A DNA stretch of 62,952 nt, counting the filler, from Pelomyxa schiedti (taxonomy: Eukaryota > Protista > Evosea), in the NCBI GenBank assembly GCA_020536535.1. It is 9 parts of 9 records of this genome, joined end to end, with 100 filler letters (N's around TTAATTAATTAA, not from the genome) between each part and the next. Parts side by side here need not be neighbours in the genome. Positions count along the whole stretch, not along the records: positions 53,566 to 59,722 come from JAHLWZ010001450.1; positions 59,823 to 62,952 come from JAHLWZ010001822.1; 7 more parts are not named here. The stretch is one strand, 5' to 3'. Of the stretch, positions 57,183 through 62,952 are shown one piece after another; the stretch's first letter is position 1, and each line of letters begins with the position of its first letter. Position numbers and translations under genes: made by a program. The notes under the pieces were generated by a model. The model did not search any database and had not been told where the DNA came from. It saw only the letters and a program-made list of their open reading frames with translations.

Positions 57183-58655
57183 ATGGGAAGAAAGATCTCC
57201 TCTCTGGTTACACCCTCGGGTCTGGTGAGTCAGGATCACGGTGCTACTCACGGTTGCGTGGCGTCGATGGCAAAACTAACCACACCTGAACGACCTGGAC
57301 TTTATTATTGTAACGGAAATTGGAAACAGCACATGACAACGCAGTTGCGTGGCTCCACCGGGCGTTCCGAGGTCAGCCCCGACACTACGCCGCGGCGTAG
57401 TGTCATGGTTTGGGCCAAGGCGCAGTTCATTGCCCTCGCGTGCGCCGCCACCCCGCTGCACGTGTTTCGCCAGTCGAACCACAACCGCACGTCGTCATCG
57501 CCGCCAACGACATCGAGGGGGCGTGGAATGGACACCTGCGCGGCTCTCCCTCGTACTGGCGGCACTTATGGGATGATGCCAAAGGGAGCCTCGTCGGCAG
57601 CCCAATTGGTGCGAGCATCAACATCAACACCAACACCAACATCAGCAACAGCATCGGTATCTGTGAGTATGATTGGGCAGTCATTGATGAGTGATTTGGG
57701 GCGTGGGTGGGTGGCGCGCGCGGGGCACTGGGGGCTATTTGAAGTGGTGTGTAGGATGGAGGACTCCGATACAGTGGTGAAGAGGCATGTGTATCTGGCC
57801 CTGTCACACACCCTCGGTGTGGTGTGGATTGGGTGCCTGGGTGTTGTGGGATTAGGGCCAGTACTTGGGTCCATTGGGAAGGGGAGGTTCATGACACGCA
57901 GTGGGTTTGGTGGCGTGAGGACAGTCCAGTTCTCAGGCACGGGTGCACCATTGGTGGTTTCTGAGCACATCATAGGGTTGTCGGATAGATCGGTGTTGCG
58001 ATGCAACAGCAGGTGGATTGTTGTGGCGAATAATTACAGAATGGACGTTTGGAAGTTTTGTGCTGAAGATCCGCTGGCAGAGGAACACAGGACTGTCACG
58101 GCACCAAGGGATGGAAAATTCCATGCAGGGTTCTCCCCAAAAAACAACAACATCCTGATGCTGTTCTGCTGTGAAGGAGAGGAAGACGATCGAATCTTGC
58201 ACATTGACATGGAGAAGACCTGGAAAACTGGGGTGATGGCCACCACTCATGCTTCAACCATCCAGCGCGGTGCCAAAGGAATTCTCTTATCTGATCCTCC
58301 ATTCACATTGCACTTGAACGCCATCACACGCTGCTACTCTCTTGTCAATGCATCCACAGGTGAAGTGCACGTTTTCCCAAGTGGGCACACAGTGGAAGTA
58401 ATCACAACAGAGCATGTCTGTGTTTATCAGAAGACAAGTGACGATGTGTGCATAAATGTGAAGGTTTACAGCCCATCCGATCTGAACACACCATGCTTTG
58501 CTTTTGATCCATTGATCCAAGTTGGAGCCATCAACCTGTTCCCTCCAGTGTCAAATTGTCTTTTTGCACCACAAATCGACTCATATTTTGGAATCGTATG
58601 TGCCGACACTGGTACAGTTTTGGCCACATTGTCCCTCTTCAATTCAAACCCTTGA
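57183..58655 (+). CDS. Divergent ARSQF-motif family protein (start uncertain)
   Basis: WAKAQFIALACAA...SSAAQL...MSDLGRGWVA...LALSHTLGVVW...CNSRWIV...HIDMEKTW...ADTGTVLATL. Confidence 0.75.
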   Translation: MGRKISSLVTPSGLVSQDHGATHGCVASMAKLTTPERPGLYYCNGNWKQHMTTQLRGSTGRSEVSPDTTPRRSVMVWAKAQFIALACAATPLHVFRQSNHNRTSSSPPTTSRGRGMDTCAALPRTGGTYGMMPKGASSAAQLVRASTSTPTPTSATASVSVSMIGQSLMSDLGRGWVARAGHWGLFEVVCRMEDSDTVVKRHVYLALSHTLGVVWIGCLGVVGLGPVLGSIGKGRFMTRSGFGGVRTVQFSGTGAPLVVSEHIIGLSDRSVLRCNSRWIVVANNYRMDVWKFCAEDPLAEEHRTVTAPRDGKFHAGFSPKNNNILMLFCCEGEEDDRILHIDMEKTWKTGVMATTHASTIQRGAKGILLSDPPFTLHLNAITRCYSLVNASTGEVHVFPSGHTVEVITTEHVCVYQKTSDDVCINVKVYSPSDLNTPCFAFDPLIQVGAINLFPPVSNCLFAPQIDSYFGIVCADTGTVLATLSLFNSNP

Positions 58656-58977
58656 AGTGGCTTGTGGTTGTCTTGTGTTGTGAATTGTCAACAATTTTTC
58701 TTGAGTGAACCTCACGACAGCCGTTTCTAGCCAACCACACAAAAGGGCGCTGCACTCTCTTTCCATCCCCTCCGATGAGACGGTGAAGTTGTTCAAGCTG
58801 GTTTGTCAAGGAAATTCCTGAGGCTCAGTACATTCGCCAGCAGGAGATAGACAAATCTGCTAACCGTTGTGTGGTTCCCAGGGTCAACTCTTTTCGGCGG
58901 TTGGGAAGATTCTCATACACAAACAGGAGCAAACTGGTTCCCGCAACCAAACCTAGGTTAAACAAAAAAAAAACAAA

Positions 58978-59722
58978 ATGGAGATGGTTGTGCTGTTGCT
59001 ATTGACAATAGGGGGTTTTGTTTTGGGCCAGAGTCCCAATGAGTGTTCTCCAGGGTGCCCAATGTTGTTCACAGTGGACAACGACTGCCAGTGGGAATGC
59101 AACAGTGAGGAGTGTAACTGGGATGGTGGATTGTGCTCTCTATGCAAGCAGTTCCCTTTAACAACACTATATTATAAAAATGTGGGTTTTTTTTTTTCAC
59201 CTTTTACCTCCGTCTCACAGATTGCGCTTTGAACTGCTTGGATATTTATGTTGGAGATGGAGGGTGTAATCCACCCTGTTATTTCCCCGGCTGTGATTAT
59301 GATGATGGTGACTGCAACGGAGGTACCAAACTTCATCTATTTTGGTGGGCTTACCTAGTGCCATTGCAGAGACATTTTGTGCAGATGGTTGTGCCTCATG
59401 GATGATTGGAAATGGAAATTGTGATACGGTTTGTCAAACTGAAGCTTGTCTCTATGACTCTGGTGACTGTGTTTCCTACGTTGGTAAGGCGCTGTATGGC
59501 CCTGTGTTATTCTTCTTGATATAAAAGATATCTGAAATATAAAATACCAAGGCTGCTCAGCATGGTGCTACGAAAACGGCGGAGAAGCCATTGGCAATGG
59601 GCTATGTGATCCCGAGTGCTATTGCGCTGATTCTGATTGGGATGGGGGTGACTGTGACCCTCTGCCTGCCTGGCAATACCGGGTTGAATCGATATATGAT
59701 GATGCCTGTGGGGTATCCAAAA
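58978..59722 (+). CDS. Secreted or surface protein with LNR (Lin-12/Notch) repeats, 3' partial
   Basis: Signal peptide MEMVVLLLLTIGGFVLG, then four CxxxC...G(D/N)GxC(D/N)xxCxxxxCx(W/Y)DxGDC-type repeats on separate exons. Confidence 0.82.
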
Positions 59723-59822
59723 NNNNNNNNNNNNNNNNNNNNNNNNNNNNNNNNNNNNNNNNNNNNTTAATTAATTAANNNNNNNNNNNNNNNNNNNNNN
59801 NNNNNNNNNNNNNNNNNNNNNN

Positions 59823-61839
59823 GAAAGGACCAATGGGAGAGTGCCATTCAAGAAGTTATAGCTCAGGTCACTGCAACCCGTTAGTGGTGTCATTGTTCGT
59901 TTATAAGCACATACAAAATCGCAGTTGTGGAATTATAGTTTTCAATGGAACCGCCGAGTAGATTGTGGCTCATATTCCTAAAAGAAGGTTAAAAAAAAAA
60001 AAAAAAAAAAAAAGAGCATTCACATGGAAGTGACTCTGGGAAGAGAAACCCAAAAAGCCTGTGGGATAGTGCCGGAAATCATATTTGAAGATAAGTCCCT
60101 GTGTGCGTTGAGACAGAATGAGGAAGAAGGGAAATCATGATACAGTGTGAGAAGCTTAGCACTTTCTTTGGGAGAAATCGGCAGAGTTCCAGAGAAGAGA
60201 TTATTTTGCAACAATCTTTAGATTCACATTAGTTGTTACTATTATAAGTGTCTCGTAACAATTTTTTCACTGTTGTTGCAAAAAGAGTTGCCGGGAGGTC
60301 TCCAGAGAGTTGATTGGAGGAAAATTGTCTGTATTTGGGTTTGAGCCTACCACTATTTGAAAGAAAAGGACATGGAACTAAGGCTTTTTGAAAGTGAGCA
60401 GTTTGGTAAAGCACCAGATAAAAAATTTTCATTCAACTTTCTGATTATCCCGAGTGAGGCTCATAGTATAAAAAGAAAAGAAGAGGATACATCCAGGAAA
60501 GTCTGTTCAGTGAACACAGTAATTCTGGTGGGATGCTTCCCGTGAACTGATTTCGTGATAGAAACCTTTTTTTTTGTCGTTTTAAAAAGTAAACAAATCA
60601 GGAAGGAACATTACAGATATTGCAAATCTGACATTGCCAATATTGAACTTGGAATAGATCCACTGAATTGGTTCCCGCTGAGGTCCCTGTGCGTGGGTGA
60701 GGAATCTGTTTGATTCCTTTGTTCACCAGAGAGTACAATTGCAGGAGACGGGTTAAATTCAACGAATCCAAAGTTCCAGTGAAACTATTATTTGCCAGGC
60801 TCAGAATCTGAAAAATCAAGCTCTAAGTGAAGCCTCAAAAGTGAGGAGATGACCTGAAGGGACTGAGGAAGAGGCGGTACCGTTCCACTGAAATGATTCA
60901 CGTTGAGCCTTCTGATTTCCACTTAAAATTATCAAGAGATACATCTAAGTCCATACAACTCAAGCAGGGAAGAGAATTCAGAAATCCAAAACGGCAGTGT
61001 TCCAGCAAGCAAATTCGAATCAAGATCTCTTTGGGGATGGTGAGTGTACTGAGTTAAATGGACACATAGAAGGAAACATGGACATCAGAGATGTCAGATT
61101 CTGAAGGCAATGAATTTCTCCAGTTAAACTATTGTGCCAAAAAGACCTGTTGAAAAAAGTCAAAGGAATGGAATGCTCTGGAAGTTGGGAGGGTTTACAG
61201 TTTTCTTAATAGAAGCAATCGCGATAGAGTTTCTGGTATTTCTCCATTAACCTCATTCTGGGATAAATCCCTGAGAAGTTGCGGTGAGTAAAGCGAAGCA
61301 ATGCTTTTTGATTTACAGATTCCTGAGTTGTGAAAAGTTTCCAATTGTTTGCGGTATTGTGCCCTGCCTGGTGGCGTAGTGGGCCAAGAATCTTTTTCGG
61401 TTTAATGATGGGAAAAAAGTGGTGGAGTAAGTTACATTGCAGCGATGTGTCCCTCCAAACAACTCAATCCAAAAAACGCAGTTGCATTGCAGGGAGGTTC
61501 CTCAGTGTATTCCTCGCATGGGTCATTCCAACCCGCCGGTTTGAATTGGATGTACAGATCGCACACGGCCTGGGCCTCAGCCCTCAACAATTCCCTCTCC
61601 ACCTCACTCACGCTACTACTACTGCTGCTACTGCTCTCGCTCCCACTGATCACGGAAGGCGATGAGGACGATCCCACAATCCCTTCCGATCCTCTTTCGC
61701 TCCTGGTACTGCTGCTTTCCGATCCCGATGGCAACGATTCCGGTCCTCTTTCGGGGGCACTGGTACCGCCAGTGGCCAGTACACCGAACAGTGATACTAG
61801 TAGCAAAACAACCGTTGTAGAAAGCAGCACACCTTTCAT
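59823..61839 (-). CDS. Extracellular plant-type LRR protein, 3' partial, about one LRR per exon
   Basis: Signal peptide MKGVLLSTTVVLLLVSLFGVLA, S-rich linker, Cys cap (W.DPC...FFGLSC), and about 13 LxLSxNxxxGxIP repeats. Confidence 0.85.
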
Positions 61840-62064
61840 CCTCAGCGTGGGGTTCGTGGAAAGGTGTCCCTTTCCCCTTTTTGATGAGTGATGAAGTCGT
61901 GGGAAACCCTCCCTCATTTTCTCCTCCTCCCAACCGCAGCATCTGAGAAGAAGGGGTGTACCGGCAGCGAGGCGAGGTACCAGCGAGTGTAGATTCCCTG
62001 AATTCGTGGAGTATCGGAAAAAAAACCGAGCTTTTTCCTTTGGGTGAAAACGAATTGAAAGGAA

Positions 62065-62952
62065 TCAAAGCAAACCAAGCCAGATCTTTGTTTCATCAGA
62101 GAGAGACTTGGTCAGGTTGCCACCACGTATCTCCTCAAGTGTGATGCCGAACCTGTGCATTGTAAACATGGCCACATGTGGTGATGCTGACACCACTCCC
62201 AGGAAGTGTATGCGTATTACATCTGCGTTGATGGCATCGCCGTAGTGGCCCAGTATCACTTGCCACCCTGCAAGTTCGATAACAGTGTTTGGTGCCAACC
62301 ACCTGTTGAACATTCTCACAACCTGTTGTGTTTTTTGGTGTTTGTGTTGTTGGGTTATTTAGCTTTGCAAAAAAAGGGCCCATGAACTCTGGGGTCAATA
62401 GTAGGGAGTCCTCACCAGCAGACTGGATGAGGTGCAACGAGGTTTGCAGGTCAACCTCCATGAGTGTGTCAAGGATAGTACTCAACTGCAACGGGTGTGG
62501 AAGGTGCTGAAGAAACCACCTCAACCCTGCAGTGGAATTGTTGTACTCTGAGCACAACTCTGTAAGTATTCTCTCAGCACCACCTTTTTGCCAAGTTACA
62601 TCATTCATCACGTGGAAGGTGTCCTCCAACCAGTCAGCAACTTCAATTTTGCCTACCCGAAGTGCTTTTAACAGGCATCTTGTGACATCACTTTGTGAGA
62701 GTGTAACCCTCGTTGAAAGCCATTTGGCAAGTGACAATCCTCCTCCATTGGAAGGGGAAGTGATACGTGCACATGCAGATTCAAACATTTGTGGTGTTGG
62801 TGCGAATCTCTTCTCAGTGGTCAACCACTGTGTGAACTCAACATCACCAAGACTTCCACAGAGAACGGTCAACGTCTCCTCACTTGGGTTGAGTGGCAGC
62901 TTTGAGAGGAACCACTTGGCAACACCTGGGTTCTGAATGCTCAACAGGACCC
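62065..62952 (-). CDS. C-terminal part of a degenerate ankyrin-like family protein (family of 1-1345), possible frameshift near 62330
   Basis: GDVEFTQWL...SLAKWLSTRV...GKIEVADWLEDTFHV. The tail MRMFNRWL...HRFGITLEEIR lies in another frame. Confidence 0.65.

Overview
Eukaryotic (protist) draft-genome sequence made of nine unrelated contigs. They are joined by artificial 100-nt linkers (N44-TTAATTAATTAA-N44 at 9150, 38074, 41343, 43396, 47395, 52066, 53466, 59723), and there are three 100-N scaffold gaps. Short GT-AG introns, low-complexity proteins and the expanded gene families suggest an amoebozoan, possibly Pelomyxa-like (inference, not verified). Recognisable genes: an ankyrin-SAM-TKL kinase, a J-domain protein, PIG-N/MCD4, a PDE6D-like prenyl carrier, two sulfotransferases, Sel1-repeat proteins, an LNR-repeat secreted protein and an LRR surface protein. 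Most notable: (1) a 3.9-kb contig that is one large inverted repeat carrying 13 tRNA genes (6 mirrored pairs plus a central tRNA-Thr); (2) an apparently complete P-element-superfamily transposon with non-canonical CGG termini; (3) about 12 members of an intronless, fast-diversifying family sharing an N-terminal ARxQFVA...RCG...S...W(V)V motif; (4) PINK1-like kinase domains fused to different repeat modules (Sel1 or ankyrin); (5) a spliced 292-aa gene made only of clathrin heavy-chain leg repeats; (6) a ~5-kb segmental duplication with microhomology-flanked indels. All family assignments are from motifs read by eye; no searches were run.
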